From Pocillopora damicornis (lineage: Eukaryota): DNA of 64,000 nt. The stretch lies in the NCBI RefSeq assembly GCF_003704095.1, contig NW_020845487.1:62001-126000 (forward strand), in the 5' to 3' direction. Both the position numbers and the translations under genes were made by a program. The notes under the pieces were generated by a model. The model saw nothing but the letters and a program-made list of their open reading frames with translations. It was not told the origin of the DNA and did no database searches. This document shows, in pieces, positions 31,963 through 43,899 of this stretch (positions are counted from its first letter, which is position 1; each line of letters begins with the position of its first letter).

Positions 31963-33846
31963 TCATTTGACTTTTATTGATCCTAAAATTTGAGGAGAGA
32001 AATCATTATTTGATGAAGTCATATACTGTTTAGGTTTTATAGAAGACAAATCTGCAATTGACGTTGTAATTTCTCTATTATTAGGTTCCTTTCTTTGAAA
32101 AATTTTGCCATTAGCATTATTGTCAGGAGACCCTTCTTTTCCTTCAGTATCTAAAATTTGAGGGGAAAGGTCTTCATTTAACAAAGCTGTGTGCCCTTTA
32201 GGTTTTATATTGAATGACTCGACAGCCATTGTTACCATTTCTCTGTTGTCATTTTCTTTCCTTTTAGATACTTTACCATTGATTTTACTGACACCAGAAC
32301 CTTTCCTTTCCCCAGCCTCTTTCCCACCAATTTTCCAACTAAAGGAGTATCCACCTCCACTTCCTTTTCCGCCTCCTTTCTTACCTTCTTCTCTTCTTCC
32401 CTCTCCTTCTTCACCTCCTCCCCCTCCTCCTTCCCCACCTGTTCCACCTTTACCACCACCAACACGTCCACTAACAACTCCTCCGCTAACTCCCACTCCA
32501 CCACCTGCCTCTATGCTAATAGTACCTCCACCTGCTGCACCTCCACCGCCACCTGCACCTCCACCAGCTCCACCAGCTCCACCACCACCAGCTGTTTTCT
32601 CAGTACCTCCTCCTCCAACACTTGCTGCTCCTCCACCACCCTCTCCTCCACCAATTCCTCCTCCACNNNNNNNNNNNNNNNNNNNNNNNNNNNNNNNNNN
32701 NNNNNNNNNNNNNNNNNNNNNNNNNNNNNNNNNNNNNNNNNNNNNNNNNNNNNNNNNNNNNNNNNNTCCACCAGCCCCTCCTCCACCAGCTTCTCCCCCA
32801 CCAGTTCCTACTCCACCACCTCCTCCTTTACCAGCTGCTCCACCACCAGCTGCTTCCCCGCCAGCTGCTCCCCCACCAGGTCCTCCTCCACCAGTTCCAC
32901 CCCCACCTGTTTTACCACCAGCTGCCCCCCCACCAGCTGCTCCTCTGCCAGCTTCACCACCAGCTCCTCCACCAGCTGCACCCCCACCAGCTTCACCACC
33001 AGCTGCTCCTTCACCAGATTTACCACCAGCTGTCTTTCCACTTCCTTCTCCCACACCAGCTGAGGGAGGAAGTCCTAGCCTATCTGTTAGCCAGGATGGT
33101 AGCCAGAGTTTTGGTCCTTCACCAGGTGGTAGAGGAGCTGGAATAGGCTTAGATACGATCAAAGTTGGCATCATCCAGATGTCTTCCAGTTTTTTTCCTC
33201 CAGGATTACAACAACAAGGACAGCATGGTGGCATCATACATGACTGTGGTTGACATGGTAAGCAATCCGAGCAGGAACAACCACATGCTGATGGATTAAA
33301 ACACGCACCACCTCCGCCTCCACAGGGCATAAAACATACGGATCCGTCTTGCGATGGAGAATCGCCTGACTGATCCTCATTTAATTTCTCTTTCTCTTTT
33401 CCATTACCTTTAGGCTTACTCTTGTTGTCCTGCGTGCCTTTAAAGTGATGATCCTCATTGTCGCTTCCCATGTCAGGCTCTGCGCTATCGTCAGTCCCAC
33501 CATCGTTTTCATAATCATTAAGCCTTTTCAATGCGTTTTCTAAAATCTCGTATAGTTTCTTAAAATTTTCTCTTGAAATAGAATGAAGAGGACCTTCAGG
33601 TTTTTCTTCTTCCGTTCTCTTCGTAACAGAAAAACCATGACCGTATCTTTGAATTAACAGTACTTTTTTCGAAAAAGGTCGTGAGTCCTCGATTGCCTTA
33701 ATAACTAAACCATTGAAATTTTTGATATGTTGTAGACGTTTAAAGAACGCAACGTAATTATATTCACTTGATTTGTTATTGTATATTCCAACGGTGAAAC
33801 ACTGAAACTGAGTCAATACAATAGCAAACTTGAGAACTTCATACAT
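31963..33846 (-). CDS. Gene C: secreted protein with Cys-rich core, poly-Gly/Ala region and duplicated C-terminal ~56-aa unit (contains assembly gap)
   Basis: 627-codon ORF with a hydrophobic N-terminus MYEVLKFAIVLTQFQCFTVG. Cys cluster CFMPCGGGGGACFNPSACGCSCSDCLPCQPQSCMMPPCCPCCCNP; GGEAGGGAA-type repeats; two copies of NGK...RKExxNRE...IKPK...SPQIL at the C-terminus. True length uncertain because of the 100-N gap. Confidence 0.72.
   Translation of the reverse strand: MYEVLKFAIVLTQFQCFTVGIYNNKSSEYNYVAFFKRLQHIKNFNGLVIKAIEDSRPFSKKVLLIQRYGHGFSVTKRTEEEKPEGPLHSISRENFKKLYEILENALKRLNDYENDGGTDDSAEPDMGSDNEDHHFKGTQDNKSKPKGNGKEKEKLNEDQSGDSPSQDGSVCFMPCGGGGGACFNPSACGCSCSDCLPCQPQSCMMPPCCPCCCNPGGKKLEDIWMMPTLIVSKPIPAPLPPGEGPKLWLPSWLTDRLGLPPSAGVGEGSGKTAGGKSGEGAAGGEAGGGAAGGGAGGEAGRGAAGGGAAGGKTGGGGTGGGGPGGGAAGGEAAGGGAAGKGGGGGVGTGGGEAGGGGAGGXXXXXXXXXXXXXXXXXXXXXXXXXXXXXXXXXXGGGIGGGEGGGGAASVGGGGTEKTAGGGGAGGAGGGAGGGGGAAGGGTISIEAGGGVGVSGGVVSGRVGGGKGGTGGEGGGGGGEEGEGRREEGKKGGGKGSGGGYSFSWKIGGKEAGERKGSGVSKINGKVSKRKENDNREMVTMAVESFNIKPKGHTALLNEDLSPQILDTEGKEGSPDNNANGKIFQRKEPNNREITTSIADLSSIKPKQYMTSSNNDFSPQILGSIKVK
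32667..32766. other. Assembly gap (100 N) within the Gly-rich repeat of gene C
   Basis: Run of exactly 100 N, typical placeholder for a gap of unknown size. Confidence 0.97.
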
Positions 33847-34424
33847 TTCAGTCCATATTTCTCCCAGTTCCTCTTCCCCTTTGTGTGAAATTTCGACTGC
33901 ATTGTTCAGCTAACAGTAGGGAATTCCTTGCTATGATGCCATAGGTACTTTCTTATACAAAGCATGTTTTCAAAGTTTTCTTCTTCACTTAGTGAAACGA
34001 TGAAAGAGAAAAAAATGTCATGACTTTTTACCACCTTGACTCCTAGTGTTATCGAGTATGTAAGTTAACAGGTCTCTCTATTGTCAAAGACTTTGGGTTA
34101 TCAATCATTCATGCCCAGATCTAGAAGGCGTTTGAACAATGTATAAGATTAAGAAAGATTGAGAAAGATTGTAAAGTTTGCGGCGCTCGGTCTTGACCAC
34201 TGAGCTGCTGATAATTATTAATAAGAGAACCAAGATTGTCAAATCTGTGATGAATGGATTGGTCGAGATTAGCTGTACATTTTTAAATGAATGAATTATT
34301 TGCTTCGAGTAACATGCTCTCAAAAAGGTCACTTATTTAATAAACCTTCGCCTAGTTAAATGAAACGCTTTTAATTAACAAATTATTTGCTAAATGTTAT
34401 AAAGTGATCATCAAACTCTCGGAC

Positions 34425-35054
34425 CTATCTCCTTTTCCGACCTAAGTAAACTCCACAATGTGGATGGCCACATTTTGCTTTTGCCTTTAAAGGTTTCATT
34501 TTAAATTTCGGTGGAGTGTATTTAACCTTGTACATTATCATCGGACGCATTAAGCAACATCCAGCGCAACCACAAAGAGGAAAGTAAGGGAAAGATGGCT
34601 TCGGTTTGGAAGACTTATCCTTTACTTTCGTTCCTCGTCCATCTTTCGATGTGTTTTGACTTAAACTCTTCAGACTGCCCAAAGCCTTTTCCAATAGTTT
34701 GCAAACTGTTTTTATCTTAAGTGAGTCTGGATTTCTTGTAGCGACATAGCTTCCGGCTCGTTTCCCCCTTCTTGGGCCTAAACTCCGTTCCACTTTACCA
34801 CTGTGTAGACGTCTTGTGCTGTTGCAAGAACTTAAGCCAATTTTCTGTGAATTTTTTTCTTGAGAAAATGCGGTAGAAGCACAGTTAGTCTCAGGAGTTT
34901 CACAACCAACGCTTTCGATTGCTGAACAATAGCCAGGTTGAGTTGAAACAATGCTCAGGCAACAAAACGTTAAACGCCAGAGACTTTTCTTAAGCCATTT
35001 TTTCGTCGACAGCGATGTCATCCTCTTATTTTTTCTTGAAATATCTTTCATCAT
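34425..35054 (-). CDS. Gene D: 209-aa probably secreted protein with a degenerate copy of the gene E Cys-domain tail
   Basis: Hydrophobic stretch SLWRLTFCCLSIVSTQPGYCS near the N-terminus. C-terminal CGCAGCC...YTPPKFKMKPLKAKAKCGHPHC matches CDPPKFKFKPLKPKPMCHCP of the gene E cassettes. TATAAA (minus) about 50 nt upstream at about 35104-35109. Confidence 0.65.
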   Translation of the reverse strand: MMKDISRKNKRMTSLSTKKWLKKSLWRLTFCCLSIVSTQPGYCSAIESVGCETPETNCASTAFSQEKNSQKIGLSSCNSTRRLHSGKVERSLGPRRGKRAGSYVATRNPDSLKIKTVCKLLEKALGSLKSLSQNTSKDGRGTKVKDKSSKPKPSFPYFPLCGCAGCCLMRPMIMYKVKYTPPKFKMKPLKAKAKCGHPHCGVYLGRKRR

Positions 35055-37010
35055 CTAGCCTCTAAGTTCCAAGTGAATCCACTTATAGAGCTCTAGTGTT
35101 TGGATTTATATTTAAGTAAGCTCAAAGGAATTCAATTGTATTGTTTACTACGGGTAGATTTCACAATTACTGATACATATACATATGGATTTGCGAATGC
35201 ACAAAATGGAAAGTTAAATGTTATTTCAGAGCCTTTAATTCCTTTACAATTTCAAAAAAGTTTACGAATCGCCGAAAAAAATCAACTCATGCTCTTCCAC
35301 TCTCTGTTTTATCGCTACCCGTTTTCCACTCTTACCCTACACCCACCAGCATCAATTCTAAGATTAAATACTTTTGGTGAAAAAACCTTTCTACGAAAAA
35401 GCAGTTCCATATTGCAAACTCCTTGACAGTAGATTACAGGGGAAATCATTACAACTTGCACGAGTAGAGGAAACGTAAGTCTTCACTGCTTAAAATTATT
35501 TATTAGACAAAATGTGATTTTTGCAGTATGTATCGTTAAGGCAGGAGGAAAACTTTTAAGACCTTAAAGCTAAATTTTTTTTCTAAGCCTTAACTATCTG
35601 CGCTGCAAAACCGAATCTTCCGTTCGCTAAACGTCTTCAACCTGCATCTTCGACATTAAAGCGCGTCTTTTTTTTTCGTTAGAGTCAGTAGATACCCATA
35701 GCAGATGGCAGCTAGCAGATAGATAGCAGCTAGTATGTCATTAAGACGCTGTTGATTTTCTTTTACAAAGCTAACAGGATTCCTTGTTTTTTCCAGCGAC
35801 ACCGGACCAACTTCAACAGCACGGTCTATTTCGGGGTAAAGTAAAGTCTTTTATTGCTACACACAGGTGGTTAAAATAAGTCGAGAATGCAATAAATCAG
35901 GACCCTGGCAACATCAGCAGATAAAGTGGATTAACGTTTGGGATCAAGAAATACATCAAGAAGAGGACATATGGAGGCGTACTGCAAAGGCAACAGATCA
36001 TCTAAATGTAAGTTGTGGAAAGGCGACAAGCTCAGTTTTATTTTTTTCCAAGTAAAGTTGTCATGCAAGTTTCTGTATGGGTTTGAACGAGAGCTTTAAA
36101 TTTGTGAACATTGGCAACAAGAAGTACACCCTTAAGTTCGGTTGATTGACACGATGGCCTGCGTAACAAGTTTATGAATACTCCTATTAACTTGATGTCT
36201 GTTAACTGAAAGATATAAAGTATAATGTCGGTGATGTTATACAGTAAGCGTGCAACCCATCTCTCCATAAACGTCCATGGTATTAAGCCTTCTTCTAAAC
36301 AAGAGAAAAATATTTCTATGGCCATAACTTAAGTTATTTCGAAAGGATTATGGATTGTTTCCTGATAAAGTTAAAAAAGGGGACTTGGGGTGATCCGAAA
36401 TCATAACTGCAGCAACAATAATTCAATATTTTTAACAGAAATGCACACATCATATTAAATGCTTGTTTAATTTATTAACCAGTTCTCAGTTGTATCACTA
36501 AATAACATGCACAGCTATCGAAGACTTTTCTCCGACGTGAATAATATCCATTTCAATAAAGCATTGATGTGTTCCATATTAGCTCCATGTTGCCTCGGGC
36601 GTGCTGAAGTGAAGCTGCTTGTTTTTGATCTCTCCGAATCCGAGGCTTCTTTAGAAGTTATGAGATCTGGAAAAATAGGGAAGAGAAAAATATGTCATTA
36701 TATTTTTTATGTTTGAGGCACTTTTCGTATTTCTTATATGAAAGAAAAAGAATATTTTTCTAAGTTTTTCTTTTGTGTCAGTGTCATGTTTAACGTGTAT
36801 ATATGTTTCTATGACAGAGGAGAGAAATAAGAATGTTGATTGTAAAAAGAGTAATCTATCAAAATAGCTAAAACGATAACTTTCTGCCATGGTAGAGCCA
36901 TTGTGCAGTAAAGCAAACTTTTGAGGTGACATCTTTTGGGTTACAAACTGTCGGCTTTCTTTAGAAATTATGGGCCGCTTATTTAATCAAAGTTTAGCCG
37001 TTGTTTAACA

Positions 37011-38163
37011 AAATCGTGTTTAGATTAATTTTAAGTTTCGCTTGACCTTTCATCCAAAATTTTTTGGGAGGGATGTCTGGATAGCAGATAGCTATCAGTG
37101 GAAGGACAGTTATTTAATTAAATCAGCCCTCTGATAGAAAAAGCTTGAGGCCCAATGATTGCGTAAAACCGTGGTTTGGTTTATACCCCTTGTAAATAAC
37201 CGGCCCTATCTCTCCACATATTAGAAGTACCTTGCTGATCAGTTTAAAATGCTCTTGGGATAGGCATCATTGGAACACCATTGAAAAATGGGTTGTAGAA
37301 TGGTGCATAGCCATGACTGTATGGAACCGGCACAAAAGGAGATCGCTGTTCTTCCATCAAGCTGCGTTTCACAGGGCCTCGCTTACCTTATCACAAGTGT
37401 AAAGGACACAATGGGTGAATTAGTGACTGATCTGAGGTGAACAATTATTCCCATGAGAGATTGACTTTCTGCCACCTTGCGCCTTCCGTCTCAAGATAGC
37501 TCGCTGGCTAGCTTCTCTGGTCAAATTTGGAGTTCAGGGCTCCGATCTGAGCTTAGTAAATTTCTGCGTGGACACAAATGTCTACATTTTCACTTGCACT
37601 TTACAATGGGAAATAAAATAGTCACGTCTTACTTGATCTTCTTAAACAGTGATGTCCACAGGCTGTATGGTGACTGTGTGGTGATGGGCAGTGGCACACA
37701 GGCTCAGGTTTCAGCGGTTTGAACTCAAATTGGGGTGGTGTACAGGTACAGCAGCAGGGCCACATGCATGGCCACTTGCACTTTCCAGGAGGGGTCTTTT
37801 CTTTACAACATTCACAACCAGGGTTGTTCACAGTGGCGCCAAATTGACAGGGAAACGTGAGACTTGGGCAGCAGCCGGTGTTACATCCTGAGCAAGTGAT
37901 TGGGGCACCGAATCCTCCTTTGCAGTTGGAGCACATGGTACCGGGAGCACACCAGTCGTTTGGTCCACAGCATCCGCATCCTCCGCATCCTCCGCATCCT
38001 CCGCATCCTCCACATCCACCGCATCCACATCCTGGTCCGTAGCCTCCCATGTAATCACAGCCGCCAGAATCGAAGGAATCTCCGCATCCCCAGCATCCGC
38101 CACATCCGCAGCGTTTTTCTGCAAGTATTTAAATCGTGTTTAGATTAATTTTAAGTTTCGCTT
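37011..38163. repeat. Perfect 33-bp direct repeat (37011-37043 and 38131-38163) bracketing the coding exons of cassette 5
   Basis: aaatcgtgtttagattaattttaagtttcgctt occurs at both positions, 1,120 bp apart. Confidence 0.9.
37244..38118 (-). CDS. Gene E cassette 5: Cys-domain exon 37633-38118 plus peptide exon 37244-37386 (recent paralog of cassette 3)
   Basis: 486-nt phase-1/1 exon, nearly identical to cassette 3 in the Cys domain. Next exon SKRGPVKR-SLMEEQRSPFVPVPYSHGYAPFYNPFFNGVPMMPIPRAF* (weaker AAG acceptor). UTR exon from 36666 is similar to that of cassette 3; AATAAA at 36471-36476. Confidence 0.8.
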
Positions 38164-38793
38164 TGCTGTTGCGTTTTTTCTGCGTGCTGTTAATAATATC
38201 ACTTGGAGTATCAAGAAAATGTGCCTCAAGTCCCAACCAACTTTTCATTAATGCGTGTAAGTGCACTTCTATCATGCAAAATTTCCAGACTTACCGGTTT
38301 TGGGTAGCGTTAAAAAGACACCATGATATTTCCCCAAGGTGTTTTATTTTTCCGGTGTAGTGGTTATCTTAATTGTATTTCAAGTTAAACGCAACGAACA
38401 AGCGTGCACGAGTTAAGTGATACTTTATTCAACCTTTATTACATATTCTTTTGATAATTAAGGAAGTTATAGTTGTTGAATCTGTATTCTTCTTGTGTGA
38501 TTAAAAGGTAGCCATGGCTGGAAATTTCTGGAGTGCTATTTGATGGCAATCCTACAAAACACAAACCAACATCGTTGAAATATGAGGTTAAAACATCAGA
38601 GTTTCCTTTAAGAAACATTCTTTGAAATTTACCCATCAGCTTCTGTTACGTTTTGAAACGAACCACAGCTTCGGAATACAGAGAAGTGTTGAATTCTACA
38701 AGTCAAATCTATAAATGTTGTTACAGCGTTTTTTGATCGTAGGAAATGATTTGTAATTTACCTTGTTTGCCTTTGATATCATGATCCTTTGAG

Positions 38794-40076
38794 TTATACT
38801 TGTTGACTGGGCTCTGAATTACTTGGAACTTGAAGAAAACCTTGAGGCTTGATTTGAAGGCCGTTGACAATTGGGAAACTGAAGGGAGCAAACACTTTTG
38901 GAAACGGCCCGCCAAGGGTATCCAGTAGGTTTCGTTTGACAGGACCTTGATTATCTGTTGTGGTGAAAAAATGCAGTTAAAGTCAGCTTACGAGGTAGGA
39001 GACTCATCCTGCCTGGACTTATTGAATTCAGTGAGTTCAGTTCAGGAGCGTAAACGGAATACAAGTCCATGGCAGGCTAGCCTTTATATTGCGTCATGTT
39101 CCCTTTAAAGGTTTAAGTTACCTATTGATAGACTTTGTGGAGGAGAGGCTCAGTGACTTACCAGAGAAAATCACACATGTCCTTGCTAGTTTCGCCTGTT
39201 TCTTAAAAACTGGTAATTTTACACACTCTAGGCAATCGTTTCAATCCAAATCTTAAGTATAGAAATAAGGCTCTTTGCTCAGAATTCTCTCAATTTGCTT
39301 TAGTTGCGTCGTATTTTTATTATGTGGATTTAAAAAGTATCAATTTCTTGCTGTTATATCCAAACATTGAAAAAAAAAACCAACAGCAACAAAAAATAGC
39401 TTTACAGGACCCGTAATCAAGAAGCAGGTCCTATTGCTTGAACCTGGATCCATTATAACAGAGTTAAGCGTCCTAACCAGGAGGCCACCACGCCTCGCTT
39501 CTGGGTGGAATTTTATTGAAAATAAATTCGTCTCCGTCAAGCGATGGTGTTTTTTGTCAAAATTGAAAAGTAGATAATTTTTTGAGGTTATAGAAACGTG
39601 TGTTGTGAATAGTAGAAAGAAGTGCGGCATACTTGTTTGTGATTGGTGTAATCTGTAGTAACGCTTGTGTGGACAGTGGCACACTGGCTTGGGCTCCAGA
39701 GGCTTAAACTTGAACTTAGGTGGATCGCACTCGCAGCAGCATGGCCACATGCATGGCCAGATACATTTTCCTTTGGGAGGCTTCTTCTTACAGCACTCAC
39801 AGCCTGGATTGTTGACAGAAGCGCCAAACACACAGGGGAATGTAAGACTCGGGGAACATCCACAGTTGCAGCCCCCACATCCTATAGGTGGTCCAAAGCC
39901 TCCCTTGCAGTTTGCGCACATGGTACCATCAGCACACCAGTCACATAACCCACCCAGACCGAAACCGTAGCCACCGCAGCCACCGAATCCACCATAGCCA
40001 CCGTAGCCGCCGAGGCCACCACAGCCGCCACAGCCACCAAAGCCGTAACCACCGCAGCGTTTTCTTCCGCGTTTAC
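38794..40076 (-). CDS. Gene E cassette 4: Cys-domain exon 39633-40076 plus peptide exon 38794-38954
   Basis: 444-nt phase-1/1 exon GKRGRKR-CGGYGFGGC...CSPSLTFPCVFGASVNNPGCECC...CIWPCMWPCCCECDPPKFKFKPLEPKPVCHCPHKR... Next exon NNQGPVKR-NLLDTLGGPFPKVFAPFSFPIVNG...SQQV*. UTR exon acceptor at 38642; AATAAA at 38424-38440. Confidence 0.8.
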
Positions 40077-41242
40077 CTATTGGAAACAAAAGACACACTT
40101 TAAGTTTTTAGCTTCTCTCGGTCAAGGTCTGTCAGTTAATGCACTGTTAAGAAACTATTACTTAAACTTATTAATAAGAAGAAAAAAGGAAGAATCAATT
40201 AGTTTTATTAAATTCTTAAGTACTCAATCTAGCGATAGAAGTATTAGTTTTTATACTTATGGGCAACATTTTTTGGTGCGTCCCTAGTGTTAAGCATATT
40301 TTGTACGCTACTTAATAAAATCATGTTAAAGAATGAACATGATTACGTTATCAAGTATTGATTAAGTTAAAATTACTTTTGCCTTACAAGGTTTACATTA
40401 CATTATGTTGTTAGCTGCTTATTAGCCAACAATTGTTTTAGAGGCCGGAAGAGTTGTGAATTGACGAAAGGTTAATGACTCGAGATTTGTGAATAATGAT
40501 ATGGCGAGAAGTAAGCTTTGCATATGATAGATGTAACATCGTCACAAGGCAAATGTTATTGTTTATGGTAAACGTGAAAATGATGTGTGATACCTGATGA
40601 ATGTGAATTGGACGTCTGTGAAATTGTGCCATTGAGTGTGCTTCCAAATCCATTTCTAACCAACTTACTTCTTTCATGGAGAAAAAGTTATCTGTAGATT
40701 AAGCCACCGTCATCACAGTCGGAGAAAGGTATATTCCCCACAAAAAAATTATTTTATTTAACCTGAGAAGACCGAGCATTACAAGGGTAATGTCAGCAAG
40801 TTAAAAGTGCTGTAAGGGAAGGTGTAGTTTATAACTTTTTATAATAAAACCACACAGAATACCGATATCATATTAAACCTTTGCTCAATTTATTGACCAG
40901 TATTTCAATATTATAACTGAATAGTATGGAAAGTCATCGAAAATATATATTTTTTTCTCTAAATTAATAATTTTTTTTGTCAACGAAGCGTTCATTGTTC
41001 ATCATTCGTTCCGCATTGCCTTAGGCGTGCTGATTTGAAGTTGCGTGTTTTCATCTCTCCATATCCGAGGCTCCTTTTCAAGTTACGAGATCTGTTGTGA
41101 TAAATTGGGAGATATACGTTAGTTTGGGTCATTGTGTTGTGACAAAAAATTATGGTCGAAATGGTGGTGAGGCTATGTAGCGCTTGAACGATTTGAATTC
41201 ACGTTTAAGTTACAGATATATAGAAATACCTAGTTGATCAGT

Positions 41243-42140
41243 TTAAAATACTCTTGGAAAAGGCATCATTGGTACACCATTGAAGAATGGGTTGTAGAAT
41301 GGTGCATAACCGTAATTGTATGGGACTGGCATAAAAGGAGATGGCTGTTCCTCCATTAAGCTGCGTTTCACAGGGCCTCGCTTACCTGAAAACGGGAGCA
41401 AAAGAAACAAATTAAGAATGCGTTACCTATTGCAGGGGAACAATTATACTGAGTAATACAATTTTTTCCCGTGGCAAATTTAGCCACACAATTAAAAAAA
41501 AGAACAGTCTCAATTCAACAGCTTCTTAAAGCAAAGCTGTAGCTTATCCTCTACCTCTCGTAAAGCTTGCAATTAGACACCTGTCTTTTCTGACGAGACG
41601 GTTTGCTCTCCGTTTTACGTTTACTTTCCTGGAGAGAACCCTACTTACTTGATCTTCTTAAACAGTGATGTCCACAGGCTGTATGGTGACTGTGTGGTGA
41701 TGGACAGTGACACACAGGCTCGGGTTTCAGCGGTTTGAACTCAAATTTAGGTGGTGTGCAGGTACAGCAGCAGGGCCACATGCATGGCCACTTGCACTTT
41801 CCAGGAGGGGTCTTTTCTTTACAACATTCACAACCAGGGTTGTTCACGGTGGCGCCAAATTGACAGGGAAACGTGAGACTTGGGCAGCAGCCGGTGTTAC
41901 ATCCTGAGCAAGTGATTGGGGCACCGAATCCTCCTTTGCAGTTGGAGCACATGGTACCACCAGCACACCAGTCGTTTGTTCCACAGGTTCCACAACCACC
42001 ACATCCACAACTGGGTCCGTAGATGCCTCCGGGTGCTCCACCGCAACCCCCTCCCATGTAATCACAGCCGCCAGAATCGAAGGCATCTCCACATCCACCG
42101 CATCCGCCACATCCGCATCCGCCACATCCGCAGCGTTTTT
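41243..42140 (-). CDS. Gene E cassette 3: Cys-domain exon 41649-42140 plus peptide exon 41243-41385
   Basis: 492-nt phase-1/1 exon EKR-CGCGGCGCGG...CCPSLTFPCQFGATVNNPGCECCKEKTPPGKCKWPCMWPCCCTCTPPKFEFKPLKPEPVCHCP...CLRRS. Next exon SKRGPVKR-SLMEEQPSPFMPVPYNYGYAPFYNPFFNGVPMMPFPRVF*. UTR exon acceptor at 41091; AATAAA at 40889-40894. Confidence 0.83.
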
Positions 42141-43137
42141 CTACAGGAATCAGAGTAGTGAAGAATGTGAAAACAAAACCCAACATTTGAGAGTGGAATG
42201 AAATAAAATACCGGTGTGTTTACTTTGCATTCATTTAAATATCCTTTAGTTTACTAAAATGTTAAAATAAGTTTTTACTTTTAATGTTAAATAAGTTTTA
42301 TTGTTGAGTAGCTGTTAAATACTCTCTTCATGCTATCATAATATTGTTTACGGTAAATTTTTGATGAAGGATATTTATTTAGATCTAGTCTGTTTTTTAA
42401 CTTAACAATTCATTTATTATAGCAATATTCAGATCTACGTACCTTAAATATAAGATTTTAGTCGAAAAACTTTGCATCAAAACTTCATTACCAGATAATT
42501 CAACAGATATTTGCATGTTTCAAATTTATTCTTTATTGCAGCTTTGATTGATTTTAAATAGTTTCTAACTACATTATTGTTAATTTATCTATAATTTTGA
42601 CCCTCTAATTAATCAAAACATTTCACTATTGTCCTAATCTTTGATCGCAATTAATGCAATCCGCTGTGGTATGCTGTATGCTTGTCAGGGACATTCTGCA
42701 GAGAGAGAAAGACGAGGAAACTTGAAGTACCTGAACGATTTTAACATCCGATAACAAAAAAGTAGACCCTAGATTCTTCGTTTTGATTTACGCACTATTT
42801 TCTGGGTAGTTTTGCAAGTGGAATGGAAATAAGTCCTTACACTGTGGTCTGTTTCTTATTCCAAAATAAGCATTATAAACATATGATTAAATCCAAGTTC
42901 TCGCGCCCCTCAAAAAACAGCCATAAAATGAGCCCAACTGCAACATGCTGTTTTTTCCTTCAACAAAATCAGTCGTATTTGCATGAAATTGGAGAAAGAA
43001 AATTATTTTTCACAAAAAAAACAACACCAAAAAAAAAAAACAATCCGCATCTACCATTGCTGTAAAGCAGACGTTGACTCTGTCTGGAAGGACCAATATT
43101 AATATCTAAAGAGCTAGAGAGTCTCCACTGACCTTCC

Positions 43138-43899
43138 TCAGTAGTAATAGTATAGATACTGTGGCGGGAATGGTGCCCCATAGTAGAGAGGAACCACAGG
43201 ACTGAAGAAATAAGGAAGCGGTTGAATATCTGTAATGGTTGGTGGAATAAGGCATCGCTTGCTGCAGTGAACTAGAAAAGTAGTTGTGTTAGCACTATTA
43301 GCCAATCTGTCAATCACTTTGGTCACATTTTAATATAAGTGATTCTCAACATATTCAGCATATGAACATATTCTTAAATGAGCTATTCCTTAGAAAAAGT
43401 GTGAAGTTTAACAGAAAAACAACGACAACGGAATTACAAAATTGTACAATTGCATAATAACAGAACGTAATTTTTCTGAGGGTTTCAACGAAAATAAATT
43501 GTTTAGGACCAGCAAGTGAATGATTTAGTCAAATTATACCTCCACTCTTTCGGCAACAATGACAACAACCGCAGCAACCGTGACAGCAACCATGACAGCA
43601 AGTATGGCAATCCTTAGGGACAGCTTTTGGCTTCAAGGGCTTCAACTTAAATTGAGGAACTTTGCACTCGCAGCAGCAGGGCCACATACAGGGCCACTGA
43701 CAGTAGCCTTTCTTTGGTTTTTTTTTACAGCATTGACAACAAGGATTGTCAACGCATGCACCAAACTCAACCGGGAATGTTATCGATTCACAACCATGGC
43801 CGCAGCATCCACAGCAACCGCCACAGCAATGATGGCAAACATGAGGGCATCCAAAGCCACCGCAACAATTGCAACATCCACAAAAGCCTGAACGTCTTG
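43138..43899 (-). CDS. Gene E cassette 2: Cys-domain exon 43540-43899 plus Pro/Tyr peptide exon 43138-43271
   Basis: 360-nt phase-1/1 exon ARR-SGFCGCCNCC...ITFPVEFGACVDNPCCQCC...CQWPCMWPCCCECKVPQFKLKPLKP...CCHCCRKSG. Next exon VHCSKR-CLIPPTITDIQPLPYFFSPVVPLYYGAPFPPQYLYYYY*. UTR exon acceptor at 42730; AATAAA at 42525-42537. Confidence 0.78.

Noticed and set aside
32300-33100. Collagen or minicollagen call for the Gly-rich regions
   Set aside because: No Gly-X-Y periodicity and no canonical CxxxCxxxCxxxCxxxCC domain anywhere in the window.
32189-33253. 354-aa plus-strand poly-proline (extensin/formin-like) ORF
   Set aside because: Mirror of the poly-Gly tract in gene C. It starts at GTG, has no signal peptide, and the minus frame is longer with cluster-typical Cys motifs.
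39340-39632. C-terminal ~97 aa of the 252-aa ORF
   Set aside because: Read-through into intron after the a|gtatgc donor at 39633; the composition is intron-like and the spliced GPVKR exon matches the sister cassettes.
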